A DNA stretch of 64,000 bases from contig OZ260665.1 in assembly GCA_965285935.1 (NCBI GenBank), positions 63,922,001 to 63,986,000 on the forward strand, given 5' to 3'. The notes beneath the pieces were generated by a model. The model was not told the DNA's origin and did no database searches. It worked only from the letters and a program-made list of their open reading frames with translations. Numbering within the stretch: position 1 is the stretch's first letter; each line of letters starts with the position of its first letter. Positions 46,481 to 60,582 of the stretch are shown piece by piece. The position numbers and the translations under genes are program-made. Source of the DNA: Ophelia neglecta. Taxonomy: Eukaryota.

Positions 46481-47071
46481 GCTACAAACCACCTGGGTAC
46501 GTGCAAGTTCAGTGTTAGCATTGAACGTGTTGAAGGGGGGCGGTTGAAGGTGCTTTGAAGGAGCATTATGTGTTACCATCTTTTTTCATTTCCTGTTCCC
46601 TTACCAGTTCCTTTTCAGGTAATCGAAAAGCCTTTACTCTGATGATTTGTGGGACTTAGTACATCACTACGTCAAGGGAATCTATAGGCCCAAAAGTTAG
46701 GCAATTGCAAGGACCTGCAATGCGCATATCTGGGTGGGGAACAGGTCATTTTTGGCTGGTGGGGGGTGGGGGTGGGGGTGGGGGGTCCATTGCATCTTAG
46801 TAATAGTAATCCATTAGAATATATGGGCGGCTTACATTTCTAAGTGCCTTCCAATCTCCCTCAATGAGTGGACACTTTTTTGTCAAATTCTTCATAAAAT
46901 TCATAGAATTTATTCACACAAATGCTGCATTGTTCATCACAGTGGGAGTCTGCTGTCTAGTTTAGCCTTGTTCGTGGATGAAAATATTGGTTGAATATTA
47001 ATTATATTTTTTAATTTCTTTCAGAAATAAATTGATTGTTAAAGAAATAGTTTATAAAGAACTGATTTGAA

Positions 47072-49393
47072 ATGGCTCTACTTATAAGGAGAGTCCTTAC
47101 TAGCTCAAATGTACACACAGCATGGTTACAGGATTGTCAGCAATGGATCTTATCTGTGAACAAGAGAAATCTAAACTCATCTATTAAAAGTGAACTGCTT
47201 TGTAAAAGATCAAATGGACCTACTTTTGGACTGTGTTCAGCAAATACATGGAGAACTTTCTCATCAATATGTAAGAAGGCTTCTTTAACTTATCACCCAA
47301 AAGTTGGGGAGTCATGCTTACTTCTTTGTGGTTGGAAGGCTGGAGCTCTTAACATGAGAAGAGCACTTGGCCAAAGGATGATGTCCATGGAAGGAAAAAA
47401 CTCGGCTGCCAAGGCAAACCAGTCTCTCATGTTGTATGTTTGTGCCACAGGAGTATTCATGTTAGGGTTGTCCTATGCGGCCGTGCCTCTCTACAGAATG
47501 TTCTGTCAGGTAAGCTTATTTCAATGATCTTTAGTAAATTTAGTTACAATTTTCCCATATTATTAGGAAAATAGTAATGCCTTTTATGTTATGTAAAAGG
47601 TAATAAAACAAGTGTTTATGCTTGCAGTAGTATATTGAACTCATTTTTGTAATGATGGTATTGTACCTATTAAATTGTTTGTCTCATAACAAAGATAAGA
47701 AAATTAATTTGATTTGAGCTAAAATTTGATAGGTTTCTTTCAGGCTACAGGTCGAGGCGGCCAGGCAGTTCAGGGTCATGATGTGTCAATGGTCGAAATG
47801 ATGAGACCGGTCAAAGACAGAAGAATACATGTCAGGTTTAATGCTGATACCCCGTCCAGTATGCAGTGGAACTTCAGACCACAGCAAGCGGAAGTTGTTG
47901 TATGTTCATAAGATTTTTCATATTTTTCATGTTTATTGATAAACAATCTATTTTTTATGTAAGTTCTTACTTTAAAACATATATCAAAAGTCACTTTAAA
48001 CTGCACAGGTTGCACCTGGAGAAACAGCCCTTGCATTTTACCGGGCTAAAAATCCATCTAACAGGACAATCATTGGAATATCAACATATAATGTTGTGCC
48101 ATTCGAAGCAGGACAGTATTTCAACAAAATACAAGTAAGAATTTGTCCAGTTTTAATACATTTTGAATACTGTGATAACTGTAGTGATTTTGCAGGTCTG
48201 AAATGTAGGCACATTATATATTGGAGTAGGGAATTTTTCAGTTGTGATAAATTTGGTTTGGAATGCCATCCACAATCTTTGGAGCATGATATTGTATTTC
48301 TTACATTTTAAATTCCATTTGTATATTACATTTACATGGCAAGTAATAAGAAATAAATACATATGTGTGACAGCTTTATAATGTTTTTCCTTCTTATCCC
48401 ACAGTGTTTTTGTTTTGAAGAACAAATGTTGAAACCTCATGAAGAGGTAAGTAGTTTTGGTTTAGTTTCAGTTTTAAGTAGTAAGAAGCAAAGTACTTTC
48501 TTGAGTAGTACACCTTCACATTTTCACATACTGATGAGACCTGGTACATATAAAATAAAACCATCATTCTTTTTACAAGAATCTTCCTTGTAGACCCTAC
48601 AGTTCTATATACAGAGTGTCTGTCAGCTGACTAGAGCTACTGTGCAGCAGGCTGAGCATGTTCTCCTGCAGCAGTCAACGACTGGCAGCCAATAATTACA
48701 GATAAACCACAGTCTTGGAAAATTCGATCAGCTAGTGCACTTGTGTCTGTCTTAGATAAATTTAACATGTATTTATACATGTAAAAGTTCTAATACTGAC
48801 AATCAAAACAATTGAAACTGTTTCCTTGTTATTCATATGTTGAGCTTATTTTGTATTCCCGTCATATTCTAAGTGTCTGAGAGTTATGGGTGATGAGTTA
48901 CTTCAAAAAATGTTTGTGTTAGTACTTGACTTTGCTAGTATAGGTGTGTTCATAATATCAAATTTATTTGTGCAGGTGTGTTATGCATATATGTATATAT
49001 CTGCCTGGCTACGATCATTGGTACATAAATATATTTGTTTTTACATGGATTAAAATAAAAGATGAAAATATTTGAACACAATAGTTAAGATACAAAGAGA
49101 AATTAAAAGGGACTTTTTCTGTGTTTTATCAGTATTAGAGTTATTACTATCTATCACATAACTGTGTTTGCCTGGAACAATGATTTGAGTTTATTATTGG
49201 AATTTTGTTTTACTTACAGGTGGACATGCCAGTGTTTTTCTTCATTGATCCAGAATATGCTGAAGATCCTAATTTAGCTACTATGGACCACATTGAACTG
49301 TCTTATACTTTTTTTGAAGCCAAAGAGGGCATGTCCCTTCCCCTGCCTGGGTTCATGCAACAAAAACCTGCTGCTCAACCTGCTGCACAATAG
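47072..49393 (+). CDS. COX11: Cytochrome c oxidase copper chaperone COX11 (complete, 5 coding exons, 311 aa)
   Basis: Exons 47072-47509, 47744-47899, 48009-48134, 48405-48446, 49220-49393 (936 nt). Basic N-terminus resembling a mitochondrial presequence; TM segment ending YAAVPLYRMFCQATG; RFNAD..MQWNFRPQQ; PGETALAFY; YFNKIQCFCFEEQ (Cu-binding CFCF); VDMPVFFFIDPEY. Confidence 0.96.
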
Positions 49394-49759
49394 CACTAGC
49401 CACCTAACAGACTCTGTACCGGTATATAGAAATGTAGGAAATCAAAGGAAGATTCTTGTGAATGGGGTGTTGGTTTTGTCAACATATTGAAGTGTTTCAT
49501 CGTGTTTGGGTGATATTTTATCTTCTGAAGATCAGATAAGTAGGTTATGGGCCAAGTTATTTATAGTGAACCCAGTGTGAATTTGGTGTACTCAAATTTG
49601 GAAGATTTCTACTGGGATAGTTTGCCCTCCAAAAGGCTCTGCTTCTCCATAAGATACAATTAATACATACTTTTCAATCACTAATAATGAAACAACTAAA
49701 TAAGCATTTAATAATGCATATATTATGTACATGTACTTCAATACTATCTGTTTTTGAAA

Positions 49760-49765
49760 AATAAA
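49760..49765 (+). terminator. Likely COX11 polyadenylation signal
   Basis: AATAAA ~370 nt after the stop codon, followed by a U-rich tract. Confidence 0.5.
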
Positions 49766-51759
49766 TATGCTGAAATCTCATTATTTTTCCATTGTATGAT
49801 GTTAACAAAAACAAGAATTTAACCGGTACCTGGCAGGCTGGTTTGCCTTTATAATGTTAGCTGACAGTTTTTCTAATGAATAAATAATTGCTTTTGTCTC
49901 TGGCAAAAAAAAATGCCAGCATTAACACCTGTAGTATTGAAGAAAAAAGCGAGTGCACCCAGACACCCACCTATATGTCTGTGTGTGTGTTGCATGTTAA
50001 TGCTTGACAACTTCATTTGTATGGTTGAGTCATCAGTGACATAAAAACATTTGTCGCACACATTTCAGTGTCCACTGTGTATGTTGTATTGACCAGCTGT
50101 CCTTAGATAAAATGATTCATACAGGACTCCATGTGTTCAGAGACCCATATGGGACATGCTGCATGCAATGTTTATTTAACCGGCTAATACAGTAGAGGTT
50201 GATAGTTGCTGAGATATGTTGAGTTTTGCTATATAGTCAGTTTACCAAGTTTGTCAGGCACTAGGCATTCAGAATATGATAGCTGTCAACATGTTTTGTA
50301 ATAAAATCAGTTTCTTTCAAGAAACGGGCACTTTATGTGCTTTAATTAGGCAATAGGTGTCAGGTCTTCTTTAAATTTGGACATGTCCCATGTTGAGAGA
50401 GATGCAAGTTTAGGCAAAAGTACTTTTTGTAATAAAAACAAGACTTGTTAACTGACTCATCTGTCAGAAAAAGTTTCTAACTCATCACACTTCAGTTTAT
50501 TTAACTTCCACACTGTTATTAATGTGTTTCAGAGTTTTTGTCCAATAACATCTGCAGATTAATTCTCCTGAATCGCCCACTCTTGTTGGTCTGTTCAACA
50601 TACTTATAAGTTGGGACTGACTGTGTTTTGTTCTCTGTTTACCACACTGTGATGTTGTGAAGGATATGGCTTGCTTCCTGGAAACTGTTAGCTGGATTAG
50701 ACACCTGTGGAAATTCACTAGATTGAATATGAAAATTTTGTTAATGAATTATTCTTCCATCTTTTCTGTATTTTTTCCATGAGCCCATTTAATAAATACA
50801 GTAATTGATGTGAGTAAGCCACTTTTTAAAATTAAATGGCCCAATAATTTGTGGCACAATGGTAGAGTATTACATGAGACTGCTGACACACAGTACATTG
50901 GTGTCGGCTGCAGGGATATTGATGAAATCAGGGACTTGGCAAATCCCTTATAATTTTTTACCCTGACATATAAGTTCTGGGGATATTCCAATGATCTTTC
51001 ATAATAAAAAGGTGCATTATATTTAATTTCCCCAAGCTTCCATGCAAAAGTGCCAAATATTTTTCAGTCAGATTGGCAGAAAGCAAATTTGGTATTTTGA
51101 TCCACCCGGTCACTGGGGGTGCTTATTGAGGTGTGTAACTTAAGTTTACAGTAAGATACTGCAACCTGCATACAGAGTTTTCTTATTCTAAATGCTTCTG
51201 CATTTTAAAACTCCTACTTTGCAGCGTTACATCACAATAAGTATCCTACGAACATATGGTAGTTTTGTTTCATAAGCAGCTTTGATTTTATTTTTCAAAA
51301 CCTGTCCTCGTTTACAAGGAAGCAAATACTGGCTATCCTGAGAACACACACCAAATTCACCCAAGCATGACTGAACATGACTATGATATGCTTCGTCCCA
51401 AATTGACCAGCTACATAACTAAGTGGCCAGCTACTGAAATTATTTAACCAATATAAATTACTGTCTCTCTGACCATGATTTATTGTGTCTCTAGTTTTAA
51501 CAATAGTGGTCAAAGAGATTGTAATCTCTATGGCGATACTAGGATTTGTTATTTCTTAGGTTAAATCTCTAGATACCTTTGTAATTGAAAGGGACTGCAG
51601 ACATATTGAATGATGATTTGGGACTCCTACCATATCTAATACATGTTACCAAACAGGCATATCAGTAGATTCTAGTCAACATGGTTCATCTAGTCAATTT
51701 TTTAACTATAATCAGCATTTTAGTCAATAAGTCGTCTTTTAACTTCTTTTTATTCTTAC

Positions 51760-51838
51760 ACCTATGTTCAGCGTCTATGAGAAGGAATTTCATTTCTGTA
51801 ATAGTACGCTATACAAATGAATAAATATTATTATTATA
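51760..51838 (+). mobile_element. Possible LINE/SINE 3' tail fragment (L2/CR1-like)
   Basis: ..AGCGTCTATGAG..TACGCTATACAAATGAATAAATATTATTATTAT, i.e. a CGCTATAYAAAT + (ATT)n terminus. Confidence 0.4.
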
Positions 51839-53852
51839 TGGCTGATAATTGTTTTGGTTGAAACTTCATTTTCCAGTATTGAGATCTCCTGCAGTGGATA
51901 AAGGCTTCGATGCTCTTTTCTTATCAGTGCCAAGTTTGACTTGTGAAAATAAAACTATTACAGGAAACATAATACAAACATAAAGAAAAACAGTCAATCC
52001 TAACCAGACCGAAGGCAAATTGCTCTTTTAGTCTTTACTGACTAGATAGGATTGGGCAGATAGGGTTGTGTTCAAGTCTGGCAGCTACCTTAAAAAAATT
52101 ATGTAGCATGTTAATTGGTTTGCTATAAAATGTCAGAGAATCTGGAGTGGGATACTGCAAGTTTAGGGAGGGAAGATAATAATATGATATAACCTTCATA
52201 CATTACATCCTGAATTTCAGTAAGTGACCTCATATTGGTTGAAACATTCTGGGGTCAACAAATACCGAGGTGAGGAATTTACCAGTGCTTGTTGAAGTGC
52301 AGTTAGTTTTATCAGGGTATAGGTGTAATATTAGACCTATCGTTTTTCTCACAGAAACTTGCCATCCAAGGGCAGCCTAATAAAATTATCTTTGTGATAA
52401 AAACTAGCAAAGCAATTTTCATTTGAACAATTTGTTTCTTGTTTTGAAGGCATTGGAATTCTGAAATTTTTCAATGTCACAACTCTAAACTATTCAGCTA
52501 GAGCAACCGGTATGCTGCTGGTAGTTTTTGTTCTATTTTCAGGTTAAAAAGTCGCATTTACATCATTTTGAACTGAAACCAGTTGGCAGTAACAATAAAT
52601 CTGGCATCTTACACTGAACTGATGTGTGCAGATTAAATAAAAATGCTGGTATGGCTTGTCGTAACTCTCAAAATGGTATTTTGTGTGACTAACCAATTCA
52701 ATACTGTCAAGTGAGAATTTAAGAAATAGGCTTTGTTTATGTGATTATTTTAATTCTATGGTACCCTTTGATGTTAAATATCAGAGTAAATGAGCTTTCT
52801 ATAGATCTTCAGCAATATTGTAAAAATTAACCAAGACACAATGTTTGCTATAAATACAAATGTGATTACAAAAAAGCATGTAAAAGTTGACTGAATACCA
52901 TGTATTTTGGCTCCTTAACTGTGCCTTTATGGTGAAAAACAGTTATAGTAAATTATATTCATTTCATTTCATCAAACACAGCTAGTGCCTTAAGCGTTCT
53001 TGTCTGGTCATATCTAATTATGGCTTTGATTTGTTTTTCATAAACATAAATAAAAACAACAAAGACATCCAATACAAAATTTATCAATATATATTTATAT
53101 CCATTGCAATAAAGAAATTTCATTCATTTGTACATAACTTTCAACATCAGGTTTCTTGAAACCATTTATAGGTGCCTTCCAGAGTATTTTCCTTCATGTG
53201 TATAATCCTGACTCCGCATCTACTAGCAGCATCTCTTCACAAAATTAGAAAAACTGGTATGGCCCCAACACAGCCACTTAATCATCATAAGCAACAAAAG
53301 AAACATGTATGCATAAACAAAGTCACAAGAACATTTGAAATAGAAAAAATGCAACAAAGCTACATATAAGCAAGACTCATAGGTATAATTGTTTAACTGT
53401 ACTTCTGTATACTATTAAACAGTACCTATGTAAGACTGGGATGATCAGCCTTTGACAATACATAATAATGGCTATCACAGACAACCAAATTCGTTCAAAT
53501 AATTAAGGTGTAAGTTACTCTTTAAATCTAATATTCATCTCCAAGTTGGCTTCTATTGAAATAAAGTGCTACTGGCTTAGGCATACTAATATCGTAAGCT
53601 CCCATGCACATTTACACAACCCACAATGTTTATTAAAATGATAGATGTTTCATGGTTTGACAGCTACCATAGTCATATAAAACCATACATGTTTATAGTG
53701 TGTCATTCACTTGATTACAACTTCACCAATCTCAATTCCCCAGTAAACTTAGAGAAATATTTCATTTATACCAAATGTATAATGTGTTACAATATCTAAC
53801 ATTATATAAACTCTACTCCTATTAATACTGTGTTCTATCTTACTGTATCTTT

Positions 53853-54075
53853 AAAACCAGTTGTGGGGGGGGGGGGGGGCTAGTTCATTTTAATCCAGTT
53901 GGGGGTGGGGGTGGGGGGGTGGGGGGCTAGTTTGCTTTAAACCAGTTGAGGCCTAGAACATTTTAATCCAGGTTGGGGGCCTAGTTTATTGTAATCCAGT
54001 TGGGAGGCCTAGTTTACTTCAATCCAGTTGGAGGGCCTACTTTATTGTAATTCAGTTGGGCCTAGCCTATTTATT
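53853..54075 (+). repeat. Degenerate ~30-bp tandem repeat with G-tracts
   Basis: Recurrent AATCCAGTTGGG..GGCCTAGTTTATT, ~7 copies. Confidence 0.75.
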
Positions 54076-55824
54076 TCATAACACCATTTACAATCTTCTT
54101 ACCACCATGAATATATATTTAAAACAATTGAGATACAATCCAGTACCTATGGCCAACTAACTGATCACACCGATGGTTACGTATACAGAGCCGTAATCAT
54201 TTTAATGACTTCCACCATAAGAAAATATATTGTTGGCCCCAAAACAAGGTACATGTCATACTATATATAAGATATATGATGTTTCTGATATTTGCCAACA
54301 AGGATTTTCAAATGTTCTGTGGAGTATGATCCATGTAATTATTTGTATACAGGTAAATGCAAAGCATGTGAAAAGATAAATTCGTTTCAAAATATATAGC
54401 CATTATTGTATATTCTATCTAGGCTTATTATGAAACTGGTGACAGGAGTGGCTTGTTTATCACAGCCTATGACAAGATTTTAAATGGATGGTGGTGTATG
54501 AAGTCTTAAAATCATACCAATATCATAATGTGTGACTTGATCGCCGTATCTTATGCAAGATTTTAAAATTGATGTTGTTTTATGAAACATCATAATTGAT
54601 ACCAAAACATATATTCAATGACATCCTTCAATCAGATATTTTCGTTGCAAGCTTTTTTAACACAGTGTGCTCCTTCCTCCTTGCCACTTTAATGATTAAA
54701 CTCTCCTTTCCTTGTTGTGAAACGAGTTGATACAAACCTATCACCAAACTAGTATGGAAAATGAATATCATGATTAATGAATTGAGGCACAAGGTGTAGG
54801 AGCATTGTAGGACACCTCAATACATAATTAATAGGTCCATTAATGTTTAAAGATGCATGAATATCTTGTTATATAATCTTGAATAAATTGTAATATTTTA
54901 TTTTAGCCTGTTCCAATGTTTCAACTTGAATGAAAATGTATGTGCAAATTGGTGCCATATCATGTGACATATTAACATTACTTTACTAATCAATTAGTCT
55001 ACTAATCAGCCCATGCATCTTGGCAGTGATACATTTAATTGCTTTTGTTTATTATACATATTATTTCTCTGTTATTAGCAATACTCATTTAGTGTGCATA
55101 CAACTAATTTCAGCAAATATACATGAAGATCCGAGCAAAATTTACATTAACATAATGAGCCTAATATCATAAAGCATTGCATATATCTAACATTACAGAC
55201 AATTCATCCACCTACTTCTCAACTTTTATAAAGTGTATCTATTAAAAAGTATGGGCACCATTTTGAGTAAAGAACAGAACTATCTTGAGATGTCCCTGAT
55301 GTGAACAGATGAGCATTATGAGAAAGGCAAGCCAGGGCATTGACAGTGAATAACATAATAAATTCACCAATATTATCTATGTAGCAAAATACCGGTAAGC
55401 TTGCAGCAGCGGGTATAAATACCATTAAAAAGATCTTGCAGCAGTAAATGAAGTACTGATCAATTGGGAGAACAAGTGAAAAAAGGACTGTATACCACAT
55501 AACAAACAAATATAGGAGCGAGCTTTTGAAACATTGTTGAGACGTTTTAATAGATGACAACATGTAATGGTTACTCATATAATTTCATATGCTAGATACA
55601 GTGAGAAAATCTGAATCTGCACAGTTGACAGTAGACTGTAGTCTATCAAGTTTCTAACTCCACAAAGAGTCAAGTGTCCATTAGAACAAGCAAGACAGAA
55701 GTGCATACAGCATTCTGACATAAAATGTGAATTTAATTGTGTGCTGTCATAAATCCTTATATCATAAATGATTATTTTCACCATAACCTTAAAATGCTGG
55801 CTTGTTATAGACAAAATAAATGAT

Positions 55825-58800
55825 TTAATATTCCCAGAGGGTTGCCTTGTTCAACTCGGTACTCTTTGCACTGAAGATCCCGTTCTGCTCCCCTTTGATG
55901 TAGCACCCATTGGGTGCCCTGATGGAGAACTTGGACTGCACTCTCATTTCCAACTTAAATGGTTGAGGCTCTCCACTATCAGCATTGATCATTCCTTGAT
56001 CATCTGAATTCCAGTATTTCCCATTGGTACCTGCAATAGAATGGCAATACGATGAATAATGTATCTAACAACTTGGGAGACCCACAGAATAAGGGTCCTG
56101 AAGGTGGAGCAATGGTAGGGTCAGAACTTGAATACTCTCAAATTTCTAAGAACATAGTACCTAACAAAAAAATCAATAACATTTTGCTAGGGGACAACTT
56201 GTATCAATTTGGCTATCAAAAATTCTCTTACTAAGTTTGAAGTACCCATGCTTTCCATAAAACTGACTAAACTTGATTCAGTGCAGTATTGATTATCTAT
56301 AATCATATCATTCACTGTCTTCTCTCTATAGACAATAGTTAACAAAACCAAATAGTGGACACTACTATTTCATAGGCTTGTTCATAAATGCTGAATTATT
56401 CTTTATTCTAATGACTGGGCCAAGCTTGCATGGCTATGTGATCACTCATGGATATATACAATTCATCAGTAGTCAGTCTAAGTTTGCAGGCTCTGTTTAA
56501 CAGGTACATGCAGGTGAACTGTACAGGCTACAGCAGACGGATACCACACCCAGTCTGTGACACTTGTACTGTCTGACTGGCGTTAAAACTCAAATTGATG
56601 GCATTGTAAGCTTACCTCGAATAAAATAGTCGGCACTCTGACCCTTTGAGTGTTCTAAGTAGAATACGTCGTATGATGCTTTGTTGCACTCAATCCTGGG
56701 GTTGTTGGAGGATTTGAAGCCGACAAAGCCATAATCACATTTGAGCACTAGAATGGGCCTGTTGATAATTGTGATATAGAATTTCTCCTTGTCGGTGATG
56801 TTGTCACTGACGGCGTAGAGACTGCCGTTCATCTTAGCGGTGATGTAGCGACCGTTCTGGGCTTTCATAGCGATGCATCCATCCTCCATATATTCAATCT
56901 GGAAGAGCCCACTGCCAGAGCTGAAAAACATGAAACAAAAAAGAACTGTTACTTTTAAATCACACTGCACACAGGCTATAGTGCCAATGTTAAAACTAAA
57001 ACAGAAGGAAAGAATATCATGGCGATTTTCACTTGGTTATTATATATGCATGTTCCCTATACTGAATGGAATATTATAGGAAATAATACATAATTATAGT
57101 GACATCTATGCAACTTTTATTTATAAATATTTTCCATGACAACTCAAAGCGGAAATTAATGATCATGCTTTTTTAATGAGTTGTATTTAATTTGTAAATG
57201 TTCAGAAAAATGACTTCCATAAATTTTAAACTTGTTTATTTTAACTCTGCATTTCCAAGCCTGAGAAAGGCCATCAAATCAGAAAACACACAGCAATAAA
57301 TATACTGGTTTCCAACACACATGGAAAAGGGTTTCAGATATTAGTGCTTCTAGATTTCACATACTGACTGCAGTGAAATGCAGGTAAAACAATGTATTAA
57401 AATATACATCAAGTAAATACTCTTCATACCTCAACAGGCAATTTACCAGTAAACACAGTGTTTTAGTACTGGGAATGATAACACGGTGATATTCATTCCA
57501 CATAGACAACACATAAACCACAAGGACATTCAATTGACTTGGGTATATTGGCTTTTAGGCTGGGTCTATATGCTTTGAGGCTCCCTACATAATTTGTAAT
57601 GAAAATCAATTAATTTCCATTTTAAGGGGTTATATTACCAACTACTCATTTTACAAAACATACACTTAGTAAGTAGGCCTACGAATGACATGAATACATG
57701 AATTATTAAGCAACTTCACACATCAGGTCCTCAACAAACTACTGCAAACCTACATGGAACCTAATGCAATTAGCTGGGATATGCTTTAATATGAGTTATA
57801 TTTATGAAAACCTCATTGATACTAGTGCATTAAATGCAACTAAAGTAAATACTCATTCCAAACATATTCTAACAATGATATTTTTAGTTTGGAATACAGC
57901 TTAACAGGTCTAGTATCAGCTTGAAGGATGTCACACAAAATAAAACACATTATTTTACCATAAAGGCTTTCATTTCGTACCAGTTAGACAAAACGACTGG
58001 ATTCTTCCATGTCATAAACATTGCACTGCAAGACAAATCATGTTAAGTTCAATATGTCCTTTTGGGTTAGATATTGTTGAAAGGACACCAGTATCCTGGT
58101 AGATAAACATTGCTTGGTATAATAAATGGAATCTCCCAACAGACAGAATAAATTCAGGTACTTTTTTTTCTGCATTGTGCTTCCAATGGCACTTATATTC
58201 ATGGAGGTAATAAAACCGGTCCTCGGAGAAATGACATTTTTTAAGGCAAGTTAGTAAGCAGGGTGCAGTGTTGTGTAAACGATCAGCTTTGTTCACTGCT
58301 AGAGCTGATTAACATTTAGTAATACATTGACTGATACTAGCTGGCTTGATGATCTAAGGGAAATACATTCCCTTGTCTTCAGCTAGAATCATTGTTCACT
58401 TATGAGTATTGAGCATCAACATCTCGAGCATTCAAGAGTCTTGTTACTCAAAGTAGCAAAGCCTCTACTCCATCTAGAGGGTCTCTAGAAACAGGGCTGC
58501 TCTGTACAAGGGACTGTTGACCCTGGCACTTCATTTGGCATGCGATTCCTTTATCTCCTGATACAAGGATGCCACAGCTGACACAAATTACATCCATGGG
58601 CTTTGCTGTGCTACATGTCCGGTGACAAAGGTGATCATGGCTGTCATATTGTGTCTGCTCTAAGTTCGCTCCAATACTTAGGTGGATTGCCTCCATAGAA
58701 TTAACACTCCACAATAAGGAAAGAAAATGAGCTTTTAACACTAAGTGCTTATTACTTGTCTTAAAAACCTTTATCCAGTGTAGAGACATTCATACCCATC

Positions 58801-60386
58801 ACAATTAGGATGCTTGTTAATATTACCTAGATTTAATTTATTATGCTAATTATTTTGTGTTATTTGGTCTTTGCAGAATAAATGTGGACTCTAGTGTAAT
58901 GCTACCTCCAGCTTTTAATTCTGGAGATACCAGCGCAGTTTTGATAGTGAAACAATCATACAATGTGCAAGGTACTAATTACCACCCAAACAGCACAAGG
59001 TTCCCGAATGAAACATCTTGTGTTTACAGTTCATTCCAAAAACAATGTTAGACGATTTCTTGTTAGAAATTTGATTTTCCTTTCAAGAGAGAAAAGCTTT
59101 ACCTATAAATTTAATTACTTAAGTTTACCAGTAGCCATTAAACTAGAAACGATAGTAACTAAACCATGGCAGAATAGAGACAGAATTCCAGCACAAGCAG
59201 GTAATGAATCAGGCTGCTCCATATTAGTTAATAATCCATCTACTTGATAGGTTTTTTCAGGATCAGGTGATGTATTATTCCACGCATGTCTCTTTGAAAG
59301 TGGTCATTAATCCTTAATGCACTGAGCAAGAGAGGAAACAGAGAAATGCCTGCATTTTTTTGGGTCAAAACGATCCTTGTTGCTGATTGGTATTTGCAAT
59401 GCATGTGGCAAATTGAATTCTAATAATGCAGTTTAACCGCTTTTCATTCCAGGTTTCCTTGGGTTTCAAGCGTCTCAATTTGACGAGCAAGGTATTTCAC
59501 ACAGCAAAATGGCCTTATTATGGGTTACCCTTCAGCATTTATGGTTTGCTAAAATCAGCCATTGGACTAAAGTCCCACTTGGTATGCCATCCAGTTTTTT
59601 CACCTAGAGACTTCTGAAGGCCTTTCAATATCAAGTCCAAATCCTTCCCCTCCCATGTTGTTAGATAGAAACACAGGCTCCAATGTATTAGCAAGTCTCT
59701 GTTCCTGTTTTTGTCCCATTCAGTATCTCTGAGCTGTGCTTCTTCAGGACTAGTTTAAGCAGTCAATGTTTTCTGCTCACAGAGTCTTCCGCTGATTACT
59801 TTCTTAGTGCTAGTTGTCTGTTTAAATAGAAATCTACTGAATTGCCAAGTAGGCTCTGGCCTGTAGATACCGGATCCCATTATATGAATTACCCAGTATT
59901 TCATATGAATGCACTAACATTAATTAGATAAATGATTACCTCATGGGTATAACAAAAGCTGAGTTAATGCAAAACAGATAGAATGGAGCTGATGGCCTCT
60001 TTATTTTTTAAAGAGGCTATGAATATGTAGCTACAGGCCCAATTTGGGGTGATTTAATCAGAACAAATTCAGGGAAAGAATGGTCTAGAGGCCCTTTTTA
60101 CTTACAGTGATCAGTTCTGTATTCAGGAATAGATTACCCACTCTTGTCACCAGACATTTTCACTTTCTGCTTTTAAATACAATTCACCTACTGAAAAATG
60201 TAAACAAATTATCACTATTTTCTACTTACCGGTCGTTTCCAACAGACTGGATTCCACTAGCCTGCTCCAGACTCCAGTACTTGTCTTCCGATGTTCTCAC
60301 TCGCCATTGTTGTGTTTTCTTGTCAAATTCTACCTGGAATGTCTCACGATCAGATACCTCATCCTGGTTGGCTGTCAAGTCAACTC
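55825..60386 (-). CDS. FSCN: Fascin (actin-bundling, singed/FSCN family), last three coding exons; 5' part beyond window end
   Basis: Exons 60230-60386 (GVDLTANQDEVSDRETFQVEFD..WRVRT..YWSL), 56616-56920 (IAMKAQNGRYITAKMNGSL..INRPILVLKCDYGFVG..CNKASYDVF) and 55825-56030 (GTNGKYW..NGCYIKGEQNG..TLWEY*). These are beta-trefoil fascin signatures, and the phases are consistent. Confidence 0.93.
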
Positions 60387-60419
60387 CTACAAAATACAAA
60401 TACCAACAACATGTAACTA

Positions 60420-60582
60420 CAGTCAAACCTGTCTTAGTGGTCACCTGTGTAATAAGGTCACCTGCCCATTAAGGTCATGCTTTTCTAGCCTTTCTCCATT
60501 TACAACTATGCTAATTTACACTTTGCTAATGTGGTCACTTTTAGCCAGTCCCTTGACTGACCTTAATAGACAGGTTTCACTG
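60420..60582. mobile_element. Tc1/mariner-type MITE
   Basis: TA|CAGTCAAACCTGTC ... GACAGGTTTCACTG|TA, i.e. a TA TSD and CAGT termini. Confidence 0.85.

Noticed and set aside
49873-55814. Additional gene between COX11 and fascin
   Set aside because: Only short low-complexity ORFs without coherent splice phases. The region is consistent with intergenic DNA plus the fascin 3'UTR.
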